A stretch of DNA of 24,000 bases from Anaerolineales bacterium (GCA_049644605.1 JBARSF010000064.1:40167-64166); one strand, 5' to 3'; shown: positions 1 to 8,897, counted from the stretch's first letter. The notes: generated from the letters alone by a model not told the origin. Made by a program: numbers and translations.

Positions 1-493
1 CACCTACTGATACCTCCAGGTTGTTGGCCAACCTCTGGCTGATGAGGACGCCGCTACGGTCATTAGGAGTCAAGAAATCGCCAACCAGATCCTCCCGAAA
101 GGTCGCCGTTGTCTTGGCATGTGGGTCTATGCCGTACACTCGCACGCCGACCGAGTCTTCGATCGTGGTCAGGATGCCGCCAGCCCACAACACCGGCGCT
201 GCCGCTTGCACTTCCGGCAGGGACATCGCCCGGGAGACCAATCCCTGGGGATCATCCAGCAGATCCTCCCATTTGAGGCTGACTTTACCCTCCTCGTAGG
301 ATTCCGACCGCAGCTGTACGTGGCCGCTCTGCACGCGAATGTTGTTATCGATCGAACCCTCCATCGCGCCCATTTCAAAGCTATGAAGCGCGATAACCAG
401 CGCCAATCCCAAAGCGATTGCGATCAGCGTCAATCCTGAGCGGCGCTTGTTGCGTCCCACGTCGCGAATTGCTATGCTCCAGAGTCTGAACAT
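1..493 (-). CDS. ABC transporter permease, FtsX/MacB-LolCE-like (N-terminal part; gene continues off the left window edge)
   Basis: Absent from the ORF track because the window edge truncates it. A minus-strand ATG at 493-491 is preceded by GGAG (ggagtgcaattATG). My translation is MFRLWSIAIRDVGRNKRRSGLTLIAIALGLALVIALHSFEMGAMEGSIDNNIRVQSGHVQLRSESYEEG... This parallels the N-terminus of the adjacent 415-aa permease: a basic R-N-x-R-R motif, a TM helix, then the start of the periplasmic domain. Confidence 0.75.
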   Translation of the reverse strand, partial: MFRLWSIAIRDVGRNKRRSGLTLIAIALGLALVIALHSFEMGAMEGSIDNNIRVQSGHVQLRSESYEEGKVSLKWEDLLDDPQGLVSRAMSLPEVQAAAPVLWAGGILTTIEDSVGVRVYGIDPHAKTTATFREDLVGDFLTPNDRSGVLISQRLANNLEVSVG

Positions 494-562
494 AATTGCA
501 CTCCTTATTAATCACCAACTATAAAAAATGATCGCCCATCAGCTGGGTCGCCGGACGATACA

Positions 563-1810
563 TTAAACATAATGCAGGGCATCGGCCGGTTCCCGCCTGG
601 AAGCCTGCCAGGCCGGGTAGAGTGAAGCCAGCGCCGATATAATACCGACGGTGAGCGCCCGTCGAGCCAGCACGCCTATCCCAATTCGGACGTAGAGCCG
701 ATCACCCATCAGTCCCATCATGTCGCCCATCTCGCTCAGGTCCATTCCACCATACATGGCTGCCCAATCAATGCCGACTCGTCCCAAGTAGGCGCCAATA
801 GTCCCACCTAGAACGCAGCCGGCCAGCGCACCCACCAACCCGATCATCACTCCTTCTAGCAGGAACAGGATCATGGTTTCCCGACGCTTCAACCCCATCG
901 CCGCCAGCAGGCCGATCTCGCGCGTGCGCTCGAATACCGCCATCAGCATCAGGTTGAGGATGCCAACGCCGGCGATCAGCAGGATAACCAGCCCAAAGAT
1001 ACTCATGATTTGATCCTCCATCTCCATCAGATCTTTTAATGTGGGATCCAGCGTGTCCCAGGCATCTACTTCGTAACCTGGCAAGGCAGCCCTTAGCGCC
1101 TCGACTATCTGCGGTTCCTGCCCGACCTGGGCGAGGTAAACGGCAACCTCGGTAGCCTGATCCCGCAGATCGAAGAGCGTTTGCGCTTCAAGTAGCGAGA
1201 TGTAAACCAAGCCCTTTTCTATATCTGACATCCCAATGTCGTAGATGCCAACGATGGTCATCGTGCGGCGGCGCATCTGCTGGTGGGTTGCGCGACCTAC
1301 TACTGTGACGCGGTCGCCTATGCTCACCTCAAGCGATTCAGCCAGCGCCTGGCCGATGAGCAAAACGTCTTCGTCGTCAGCTTCCAGCCAGCGGCCCTGG
1401 ATAATGTTTTCCGCAATCATGCTCACTGGCGCTTCCCGTTCCGGTTCGATACCGGTGATGGCAACTGATAGGGTTCCCTCCTGGCTGCTAATCATGCCGC
1501 CTGTCCGGATGCGCTGCGACGCGGCGATCACGTTTGTCTGGGCCAGCGCTGCTTCCACCATGGGGTCTGGGTCGGTCAGCGGCAGCAGCGGCAAGCTGCT
1601 CGCCTTTTCACGAAAACCCGGTGCGTGCACCTGCACATTACCGCCCTGTAGCCTGACCGTGTTGCCGTAAAGGGACTCGTCCATCCCGTTCAGCATGCCA
1701 TCAAAAAAGAGAATGAGCGTTAGTCCCAGCGCGATGGCGATCCCGGCGATCACTGTCCGCCGCCAGTTGCGCCACACATTGCGCCATGCCATTCTTAAAA
1801 GTCTAGACAT
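563..1810 (-). CDS. ABC transporter permease, FtsX/MacB-LolCE family
   Basis: 415-aa ORF. It has an N-terminal TM helix (VIAGIAIALGLTLILFF), a roughly 220-aa extracytoplasmic domain, and a C-terminal FtsX-type 3-TM bundle (FGLVILLIAGVGILNLMLMAVFERTREIGLLAAMGLKRRE...). GGAGG lies 7 nt before the ATG. Confidence 0.9.
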   Translation of the reverse strand: MSRLLRMAWRNVWRNWRRTVIAGIAIALGLTLILFFDGMLNGMDESLYGNTVRLQGGNVQVHAPGFREKASSLPLLPLTDPDPMVEAALAQTNVIAASQRIRTGGMISSQEGTLSVAITGIEPEREAPVSMIAENIIQGRWLEADDEDVLLIGQALAESLEVSIGDRVTVVGRATHQQMRRRTMTIVGIYDIGMSDIEKGLVYISLLEAQTLFDLRDQATEVAVYLAQVGQEPQIVEALRAALPGYEVDAWDTLDPTLKDLMEMEDQIMSIFGLVILLIAGVGILNLMLMAVFERTREIGLLAAMGLKRRETMILFLLEGVMIGLVGALAGCVLGGTIGAYLGRVGIDWAAMYGGMDLSEMGDMMGLMGDRLYVRIGIGVLARRALTVGIISALASLYPAWQASRREPADALHYV

Positions 1811-1975
1811 AATAATCCTCCATGCTATTGACCCAAGCTATTTGCTGGGGGAATTTGGTCTTCATACCAGGCAGCAAGCGTCTCCTTGTCAATGATCGCC
1901 ATCAAACAAATTGCCATGTTGAGAAGAGTTTCAACGGTTGATTGATTTGAACCTAATATACGTTATATAAGCACC

Positions 1976-2005
1976 GGAAGATTGGAAATCTGATCCCAAT
2001 CTTCC
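1976..2005. repeat. Perfect 10-bp inverted repeat (GGAAGATTGG-N10-CCAATCTTCC) in an AT-rich spacer; function unknown
   Basis: Read directly from the sequence. No flanking T-run on either strand, so it is not a canonical terminator. Confidence 0.5.
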
Positions 2006-2094
2006 ACTTCTAAACTATATCTCATTTTTAGTTTTTATATTATATCGATTCAAAAATTGTGTGTCGCAACTCACAACCCAGAAATAACACATAA

Positions 2095-2119
2095 CTAACC
2101 AACGGACTCCGTTGGTTAG
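2095..2119 (-). terminator. Candidate terminator hairpin downstream of the ATPase-wHTH gene (12-bp perfect palindrome)
   Basis: CTAACCAACGGA-C-TCCGTTGGTTAG lies 57 nt past the stop at 2176. On the minus strand it is followed by the T-rich TTATGTGTTATTTC. A 12-bp perfect palindrome is unlikely by chance in 24 kb. Confidence 0.4.
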
Positions 2120-2175
2120 ACATTCTGTTCGTTGATTGTAGAATGATTGAGAACAGATCATGCAGGATTAGCATT

Positions 2176-3702
2176 TTAGACAGGACGCTCTAAACGGTAT
2201 CCTTCCCCCGAAACGGTTAACAAGTAAGCGGGGTTTTTCCAGTCTTTTTCTATCTTTTCCCGAACCCTTTTTACCAATTCGTAGACTGCTCCAGGCGACA
2301 CACCTTCCCCTGCTCCCCAGACAGCCGTGACGATTTCTTGATGGGTACAGGTTGAACCGTTTTGAGAGTGGAGATGGCGGATTAATTTTCTCTGTAGATC
2401 GCTGAGCTGAAAGGTGATTTCTTTTCCATCGACCCAGATCTGGCCAGTGAACTCGTTGCATTGAACACCCTGGGGTCCGCGGTGATGGAAATAGGTGGCT
2501 TCTTGTATGAGAAATGATTGAAAAAGCGGTGAAAAGATCTTTGTTGATTCATCAACGCAGGATATGAGTAAACCTTTGCCTATAAGGCGTTCTGATATAA
2601 CTGGATCGACACCGGAAGAATTATCTTCAACCAATTGCATTAAGCCAGTTTGTTCTTGGGACTCTAGTTCCGACCATAAACGCCGGCATTCATCACGCAG
2701 CGGTTCAACCCTCAGTAATCTGCGGCAAATCTCTCCTTCTGCTTTACTTAAGTTTGATTTTGTCAGCATGTCTGATAATTCCTCGGCTATCCCTTCCTGT
2801 TGAATGCTCAGCGCAATCCGCGTCAGGAATCCCGGATGTCCGCCTGCCAGGTGCAGAACGATATTCTGCGGGTCAGTGTTCAACTTTAAATGATGTGTTG
2901 TAATCAGGTATCCCAGGAGGGTTTGCTGATCTGCTACTGATAGAGATTTCAGTACCTGGGTATGCATCTGGAACAGTTCACGAAATTCATAGGTTTCAGT
3001 GTCATTCCGTAGATCCTTCAGGTAGCGTGATGTAGCAGTTAGATAACAGAGGCGGTTCCCGAGTGTATCCCGGATCGCACGCAATTGGCGAAATGGCCAG
3101 GGAGATTGGGTTCGGAAAATATCATCAAACTCATCAAATATCAGTACCAGGTTTATCTCTGGGATACAACCAATTGTGTGCATGCCAATGGCAAAATGCG
3201 CCCGGATTTCAACAGGGTTATTCGCATTTAGGAGATCAGCCCGGAGATCTTGTAATTCATCGACATATTCCATTTCAAAATCTGCTTGGACCATCGTTTG
3301 GTGTATTCTTCGGAGAATCAATTCATAAAAAGCCAGCTCACTTTCTCCAGCACAATCCAGGCAATCGATAAAAACCAGCAGAGGAGGAGTTTCCTCCGGA
3401 GGCCAGGATATCTTACGAGTTGAGTGGTCCAGCAGCATTCTTAACAGGAGGGATTTACCAGTATTACTTGGACCAACCATTGAGCAGCATTCGCCCCTGG
3501 AAAGAACTTGAATGATCCAGCTCTGAACATCCTTCCGGATAAAAGCGCCGCTAAAAGGCAACAATCCGCCTGGTTTTTGATTGTCCCTGTGATCTGAATC
3601 GGGAAACTGCATGCACACCTCATAGTTAGAAAAATAAGATCTTCGTGCTTGTTTTACCGGAGGCCAATCCTCAGGGAAGACTGTTGGTGATTCCAGGATC
3701 AT
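2176..3702 (-). CDS. STAND/AAA-like P-loop NTPase fused to a C-terminal OmpR/PhoB-type winged-helix DNA-binding domain (putative transcription regulator)
   Basis: 508-aa ORF.
- Walker A is GPSNTGKS (nt 3451-3474).
- Walker B-like is LVLIFDEFDD.
- A STAND-type 'GGHPGFL' (GxP) helical-domain motif is present.
- The last ~95 aa (LSDLQRKLIRHLHSQNGSTCTHQEIVTAVWG...VYELVKRVREKIEKD...LLTVSGEGYRL) match the trans_reg_C signature.
- The ATG at 3702 has no clear SD. An alternative start at 3612 (MQFPDS...) has GAGG 5 nt upstream. Confidence 0.85.
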   Translation of the reverse strand: MILESPTVFPEDWPPVKQARRSYFSNYEVCMQFPDSDHRDNQKPGGLLPFSGAFIRKDVQSWIIQVLSRGECCSMVGPSNTGKSLLLRMLLDHSTRKISWPPEETPPLLVFIDCLDCAGESELAFYELILRRIHQTMVQADFEMEYVDELQDLRADLLNANNPVEIRAHFAIGMHTIGCIPEINLVLIFDEFDDIFRTQSPWPFRQLRAIRDTLGNRLCYLTATSRYLKDLRNDTETYEFRELFQMHTQVLKSLSVADQQTLLGYLITTHHLKLNTDPQNIVLHLAGGHPGFLTRIALSIQQEGIAEELSDMLTKSNLSKAEGEICRRLLRVEPLRDECRRLWSELESQEQTGLMQLVEDNSSGVDPVISERLIGKGLLISCVDESTKIFSPLFQSFLIQEATYFHHRGPQGVQCNEFTGQIWVDGKEITFQLSDLQRKLIRHLHSQNGSTCTHQEIVTAVWGAGEGVSPGAVYELVKRVREKIEKDWKNPAYLLTVSGEGYRLERPV

Positions 3703-3750
3703 CCTGGATGACTAGGATGCAGTCAGGACAGCCTTTGGTTATAACTGTAT

Positions 3751-3768
3751 TCTATCAAATATCTATCA
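3751..3768. promoter_or_regulatory. Direct repeat TCTATCA-AATA-TCTATCA (7+4+7, 11-bp period), a PhoB-box-like candidate operator upstream of the ATPase-wHTH gene
   Basis: Read directly. It lies 49-66 bp upstream of the 3702 start. On the minus strand it overlaps a TGaTAGAAT extended -10-like element. The 9-mer CTATCAGGA recurs at 3963-3971. A 7-mer repeat at an 11-bp offset is expected about once per 24 kb by chance, so only its position makes it suggestive. Confidence 0.3.
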
Positions 3769-3987
3769 GGAGCTAATATTACTTCAGTGCCGGAGGTATA
3801 AAAAAGAAGTTCACCAATTATAAGAAGTGCACAAGCCTCCATTCCTAGGGAAGTTATTCAGTCTGAAGATGGGCTGCTGAGTGGAGTTTATATTAGGCAC
3901 CCAGATTGAAAAAGACCATAAGAACCAGGAATTTATCATTCAGGAACAATTTTCTGGATAACCTATCAGGAATCCATAGATTGTTAA

Positions 3988-6564
3988 TTAGAGAATTACC
4001 GGAGGATTAACTTCGATGATCCAGTCCGGACCTGGAGGATGATCCCTTACTAGATTCAACGGGTTGGGGCCCCGCAGTAAGATCTGCCAGCGTGTTTCCC
4101 CCCGGATGCGGGTAAAGTAAGGCGGCGTCGGCCCAACCAACTGGGTAGCCCGGTATCCCTCAGTTTTAATCCACTCCCCCAGAACGGCGGCATAAGCTTG
4201 AGCTTCAGCTTCTGCTTTTTTAGGATCCGCTGCCCGGAATTCCAGTCTGACTAAATTATTAAATGGTGGATATCCCAGATCACGTCGATACTCCAGCTCT
4301 TGCTGGTAAAAATCCCGGTAATTGTGTTGGGAGGCAGCCTCGATCACATAATGATCCGGTGTGAATGTTTGTAGAATAACCTCCCCACCTAAAGGGCTGC
4401 GTCCTGCCCTGCCTGCTACCTGGGTGAGCACTTGAAATGTCCGTTCGGCGGCCCTATAATCCGGCAGGTGCAAGCCGGTATCCCCCAAGACCACTCCCAC
4501 CAGGGTTACCAGCGGCAAATCCAATCCTTTAGCAAGCATCTGGGTGCCAATCAGCACATCAGCCCTGTGGGAAGAAAATTTCTCCATGATTTCCCAATGA
4601 GCTCCTTTTTTCCTGGTGGTATCCCTGTCCCAGCGCATGGTACGGACGCCAGGCATCAATTCCTGAAGGGCTGATTCAACTTGTTCAGTCCCGGTTCCCA
4701 GGTGGCGTATCCGATTACTTCCGCAGGATGGACACGTCCGGGGAATATTTCTCCGGTACCCACAATGATGACAGCGGAGAGAGTTATCAGCTCGATGAGT
4801 TGTGAGGGAGGTATCACAACGGGGGCATCGCAGAGCATATCCACAATCCCGGCAGAATACATACGTTGCGCTTCCGCGCCGATTCAAAAATAATATCGCT
4901 TGCTGGTCTTTATCCAGAGTTGAAAATAACGAATCCTGCAAAGAACGGCTGAAGATAGATCGATTGCCCTCTTTAAGTTCAACCCGCATATCAACAAGTT
5001 TCACTTCCGGCAGTTCCGCCATTTGAAGGTCCTCATTTAACGGTTGATAACGCGGGGTTTCAATATTTAATTTTGATAGTTTTAGCTGGATCTGGATCGA
5101 ATCTTTGTGTGCGAGAATTCGCTCTGGAAGCATTATCAATTGCCAATCTCCCCGGGAAGCACGATACATGCTGGTGATGTCAGGTGTAGCAGAGCCAAGG
5201 ATACATACAGATCGGGTGAAGGATGCAAAGGCAGCTGCGGATTGAACGGCGTGATAGCGAGGAGAAATATCGCCCTGGTAATAGGAGTCGTCGTGGCATT
5301 CATCCACCACAATTAATCCCAGATCAGGAAATGGGGTGAAAAGAGCGCTGCGGGGACCAACCATGATGGAAAGTTTTCCCTCTCGAGCCAGCCGCCAGGT
5401 ATCATATCTCTCTCCAGGGGAGAGCTCGCTATGGAGCACGCCCACCCGTCCGGGGAAGCGGCTCATGAACCGGCTCACCGTTTGAGGGGTTAATGCAATT
5501 TCGGGAACCAGGATGATGGCCTGTTTTCCCAGTGTTAAGGTCTGCTGAACCGCCCGCAGGTATAGTTCTGTTTTTCCCGACCCCGTGACGCCATGAAGGA
5601 GGAAAGGGATCGGATCCTCCGCATCAAATGAGATTTTAATCAAGTCCCAGGCGTTTTTTTGATCCTCGGTTAATGGTGGTGTATGAGTTGGAACTACCTG
5701 TACTTCTTCAAGCGGATCTCGCAGGACAGGAATTTCCTGGATTTGGACCAGTCCCCGTTGTATCAGCTGATTGATATCGTTAAGATTGCTACCGGTTTTT
5801 TGATAGATCTCAGAAAGTGACAGGTCCCTCTGGCTGTCCATTACTAGCCTGAGGACAGCTTGCCTTCGAGCCAGAGCGTCTGGAAACCCTGCCCGGGATA
5901 GTGTATCCATTTGCTCCATCGCAACCCCGGGTTCACTGATAAATTTCAACCGGCGCTCAAGTTTTGGTTTTACAGAAGGAGCACCTAAGGTGGATTTACT
6001 GGAGATCACTCCCCGGCGCTCTAAGGCATCAGCGGTTTTCCTCCAGTTCTTATGGGGGAGAGCGCGGTTGATTTGCCGCCCCCGAAGTGAGCCCCGATCG
6101 ATCATTAATTCCAACAAGCGGGTTTGTGCTGGCGTTAGTTCTGGCAGGAGCGGTTCCCCAGCTTCCAGTAGGGCCAGACTGCGCTTTGTCAAATAGTATT
6201 CACTGTCCACCTTGACGCTTAATCCAGCCGGCAGCATGGCATGCAGGGTGACTCCCAGGGGGGAGAAAGTTTCCTGGGAGATCTGTTGGGCGAGTTTAAT
6301 CTGGAAGGGAGTGACAACCGGCAGAGGATCCAGAATACTTAATATGGCTTTGGTTTGAGGGACTTCCGGAGTCCCTGGAAATTTTATGATGATCCCTTGA
6401 ACAGTCTGCCGTCCAAACGGTACGGTCACCAACTGTCCAATTTTCAGCTCCCCTTGGATGGGTTCGGGCAGATGATAATCATACACTCCCTGGACCCGAG
6501 GGACATTTACTGCAATCCGGGCATAGTGGGGGATTTTTCTCTCAGAACCCTGCATGGAGATCAC
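3988..6564 (-). CDS. priA: Primosomal protein N' (replication restart helicase PriA)
   Basis: 858 aa. It has Walker A HGVTGSGKTE, a DECHD box, and the PriA Cys-rich zinc region CRDCGYALRCPRCDTSLTTHRADNSLRCHHCGYRRNIPRTCPSCGS. The track start is GTG at 6564, overlapping the upstream stop (GTGA). An ATG at 6555 is an alternative. Confidence 0.95.
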   Translation of the reverse strand: MISMQGSERKIPHYARIAVNVPRVQGVYDYHLPEPIQGELKIGQLVTVPFGRQTVQGIIIKFPGTPEVPQTKAILSILDPLPVVTPFQIKLAQQISQETFSPLGVTLHAMLPAGLSVKVDSEYYLTKRSLALLEAGEPLLPELTPAQTRLLELMIDRGSLRGRQINRALPHKNWRKTADALERRGVISSKSTLGAPSVKPKLERRLKFISEPGVAMEQMDTLSRAGFPDALARRQAVLRLVMDSQRDLSLSEIYQKTGSNLNDINQLIQRGLVQIQEIPVLRDPLEEVQVVPTHTPPLTEDQKNAWDLIKISFDAEDPIPFLLHGVTGSGKTELYLRAVQQTLTLGKQAIILVPEIALTPQTVSRFMSRFPGRVGVLHSELSPGERYDTWRLAREGKLSIMVGPRSALFTPFPDLGLIVVDECHDDSYYQGDISPRYHAVQSAAAFASFTRSVCILGSATPDITSMYRASRGDWQLIMLPERILAHKDSIQIQLKLSKLNIETPRYQPLNEDLQMAELPEVKLVDMRVELKEGNRSIFSRSLQDSLFSTLDKDQQAILFLNRRGSATYVFCRDCGYALRCPRCDTSLTTHRADNSLRCHHCGYRRNIPRTCPSCGSNRIRHLGTGTEQVESALQELMPGVRTMRWDRDTTRKKGAHWEIMEKFSSHRADVLIGTQMLAKGLDLPLVTLVGVVLGDTGLHLPDYRAAERTFQVLTQVAGRAGRSPLGGEVILQTFTPDHYVIEAASQHNYRDFYQQELEYRRDLGYPPFNNLVRLEFRAADPKKAEAEAQAYAAVLGEWIKTEGYRATQLVGPTPPYFTRIRGETRWQILLRGPNPLNLVRDHPPGPDWIIEVNPPVIL

Positions 6565-7880
6565 ACACCCTGAATTCGGACTTTGGATATTCTCAACCCG
6601 TCCATCGCCATCACCTGCAGCTGAATGCCCCTGGTGAGCATGATGGTTTCTCCCTGGACTGGGATGTGGTCCAGCAGACCTAAAACATATCCAGCGATGG
6701 TGTCATAATTTGGATCGTTGAAGTCGGTTCCTAGGGCTTGGTTTACTTCTTCAATGGCTGTCAACCCGTCTACAAGGACAGTATTTTGATTGACCCGCTG
6801 AATTTCCGGAACCTCTTCGTCAAAGGGGCCGCTGATTTCCCCCACGATTTCTTCCAGAGTATCCTCGAGGGTGATTAAACCAGCCGTGCCCCCATACTCA
6901 TCCAGGACAATTGCGATATGCCGGCTGTGAGCCTGGAACTGACCCATTAATGCCCTGATTGTGCTGCTCTCCGGTATCAGCAGGGGTTCTCTGATCAGAG
7001 AACCCGCGGTCAGATTACTATTGTGCTTCACCAATTGGGCACGCAGTAGGTCTTTAATATGAACTATGCCGGTTATGTTATCTAAATTTCCCTCATAAAC
7101 AGGAAACTTTGAGAAGCGGGTTTGAACTGCGATGCGGATACTGTCATCCAGAGGCGTATCAGCAGTAAGAGCGACAATCTCTGTTCTTGGAATCATCACC
7201 TGGCGAACCAGCAACTGGTAAAAATCAAAAATGGCATCCAGCATTTCCCTTTGGGGAGATTCAATGGTACCTACCTCCTCAGATTCTTTCAGGAGCTGTT
7301 TTAATTCATCAACCGTATAAATGATCGAATGGCTGCCCCCAGTGCTTTTGACACCGAACAAACTTAATACGCTTCGGGTCGCCCAATCTAAAATATTGAT
7401 AAACCAGGTAAACACAGCGCTGAACCACTTCATAGGGTTTGCGGAAAGGATTGCCATCCGCTCCGGTGTTTCCAGCGCTGCTACTTTGGGAACTTGCTCG
7501 CCCAGCACAACATGCAGGCTGGTAACGATAATCAAGGAAAACACCAGTGGAAGCGCGGTAAGGATTGGCTCAATTCGACTCCATTGGACGGGTATTTCCA
7601 GGGAATGAAACACCGGTTCCAGCAAAGCTTCAAATGTATTTTCCCCCACTGCGCCCAGCGCCAGGCTAACAATTGTTATGCCCAATTGGGCGGCAGCAAT
7701 CAGCCGATCCCGGGCTTGCGGGTTTTCGAGCCAGATCAGCACCTGCTTTGCCGGGGCGTTTCCCTCTTCGGCCAATAAGCGAATCCGTGATTTGCGGGAA
7801 GTAATCACAGCAAATTCTGTCGCTACAAAAAAACCGTTTAAGGCAACCAATAGGAGAATAAGAAGAAAGTTCCAAATCAT
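6561..7880 (-). CDS. CNNM/DUF21-CBS pair-CorC_HlyC domain protein (hemolysin-family, putative Mg/Co efflux-type)
   Basis: A DUF21 TM region (LLILLLVALNGFFVATEFAVITSRKSRI), a CBS pair and a CorC_HlyC C-terminus are present. I prefer the ATG at 7880 (MIWNF...), which has AGGAG 7 nt upstream. The track's 7940 start would overlap the upstream gene. Confidence 0.9.
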   Translation of the reverse strand: MIWNFLLILLLVALNGFFVATEFAVITSRKSRIRLLAEEGNAPAKQVLIWLENPQARDRLIAAAQLGITIVSLALGAVGENTFEALLEPVFHSLEIPVQWSRIEPILTALPLVFSLIIVTSLHVVLGEQVPKVAALETPERMAILSANPMKWFSAVFTWFINILDWATRSVLSLFGVKSTGGSHSIIYTVDELKQLLKESEEVGTIESPQREMLDAIFDFYQLLVRQVMIPRTEIVALTADTPLDDSIRIAVQTRFSKFPVYEGNLDNITGIVHIKDLLRAQLVKHNSNLTAGSLIREPLLIPESSTIRALMGQFQAHSRHIAIVLDEYGGTAGLITLEDTLEEIVGEISGPFDEEVPEIQRVNQNTVLVDGLTAIEEVNQALGTDFNDPNYDTIAGYVLGLLDHIPVQGETIMLTRGIQLQVMAMDGLRISKVRIQGV

Positions 7881-7899
7881 GGATAATCTCCTGGGGGTT

Positions 7900-8745
7900 T
7901 CATGCGCGGGAAAGGACAGCTGCAGTGTAACCAACCACACTGGAGTTATCCCCAGTTACATCCCCGGAGTGGGCATAACACAGGTGGTGCGCAGTGACCG
8001 AACCGCCAGCTTTGGCAGCCCAAATCACGGCGGCTAAGGCGCCCAAACCACAGGCGGACCCACTGCCCTGCTGTTGAGCCTGGTATAGACCCTCGGGATT
8101 TAGGGATTTGATATGGTTGATAATGGTTTGATCGAGTGTTTGAGCTTTTTGTGCGGGATGAAAATGAGAAAGGTCAGTACTGGCAGTTAATAGAGCATTC
8201 TGCTCGGTAATCAGATCCCCCAGGGTGGCTCCCAACGCCTGCATTAGTGACGAATCCTGGTCGCGGATCATGAGCGGCAGGATTTGAAATTCTCCTGGCA
8301 GCGCCCGTTGGAAAAACGGCAGCAGGATTTCAACTGCATGTTCTTGATCATTTGTTACTCTCTGGAGCTGAACTCCAGTCTTCTCCCTTAATGCCTGGGC
8401 AGCGGATTCTACCCTGTCCAGATCCACCGGCACAATTCCTAGAGGAGTTTGATAAGCTTGATGAGATGTACTAAGGATGGCAGCTGTGTGAGCCTGGTGG
8501 TAGGGAGAGAGGATGATTACCAGATCCGGGTTGAGTCCCTGTAGGGCAGCAAAACAATGCCCTGCAACGGGTCCTGAATAGAGATGTCCGGCATGAGGAG
8601 AAACAATGCCAATGATCTCTCCAGGAATGGGTGGAATTTTTGCCTGGTGGATAAAAGCATCCACAGATTCAGCCAATCTGTCTGGATTTGCTGGATACCA
8701 GCGGCCGGCTAAAGGTGAGGGACGGATATCTGTCAATTTACTCAT
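7900..8745 (-). CDS. MEMO1-family protein (AmmeMemoRadiSam system protein B-like)
   Basis: The N-terminus RPSPLAGRWYPANPDRL...IVSPHAGHLYSGPVAGHCF and the later STDLSH motif are typical of the Memo family. The likely start is MSKLTD at 8745. The track ORF extends to 8769. Confidence 0.85.
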   Translation of the reverse strand: MSKLTDIRPSPLAGRWYPANPDRLAESVDAFIHQAKIPPIPGEIIGIVSPHAGHLYSGPVAGHCFAALQGLNPDLVIILSPYHQAHTAAILSTSHQAYQTPLGIVPVDLDRVESAAQALREKTGVQLQRVTNDQEHAVEILLPFFQRALPGEFQILPLMIRDQDSSLMQALGATLGDLITEQNALLTASTDLSHFHPAQKAQTLDQTIINHIKSLNPEGLYQAQQQGSGSACGLGALAAVIWAAKAGGSVTAHHLCYAHSGDVTGDNSSVVGYTAAVLSRA

Positions 8746-8897
8746 GGTTCCACTTCGATTGTAGCACATGAGGTTGATTGGAGCAGAGATCCAATCTGAT
8801 TTGGAAACGGTTTGATTTTCCCCGCGGATAATCCTGCCAGAAGGGGTTGTGATATACTATTTTGGAAAAAATAAAACCACCCGGGAGAAAAGCCTCC

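Noticed and set aside
21-439. Several 69-106 aa ORFs at the left edge, on both strands.
   Set aside because: They overlap the truncated FtsX-type permease N-terminus, whose frame gives a coherent TM plus periplasmic-domain sequence. The alternatives are Arg/Ser/Cys-rich shadow frames.
3724-3843. A 40-codon minus-strand ORF (MEACALLIIGELLFYTSGTEV...) in the spacer upstream of the ATPase-wHTH gene.
   Set aside because: It has no usable SD (AGGA sits only 1 nt from the ATG), it is very short, and it overlaps the putative operator repeats. I treat it as non-coding.
7900-8745. A MEMO-like (AmmeMemoRadiSam B-type) gene without adjacent AMMECR1 or radical-SAM partners.
   Set aside because: The partners may simply be encoded elsewhere. 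Their absence from a 24-kb window is not evidence of anything unusual.
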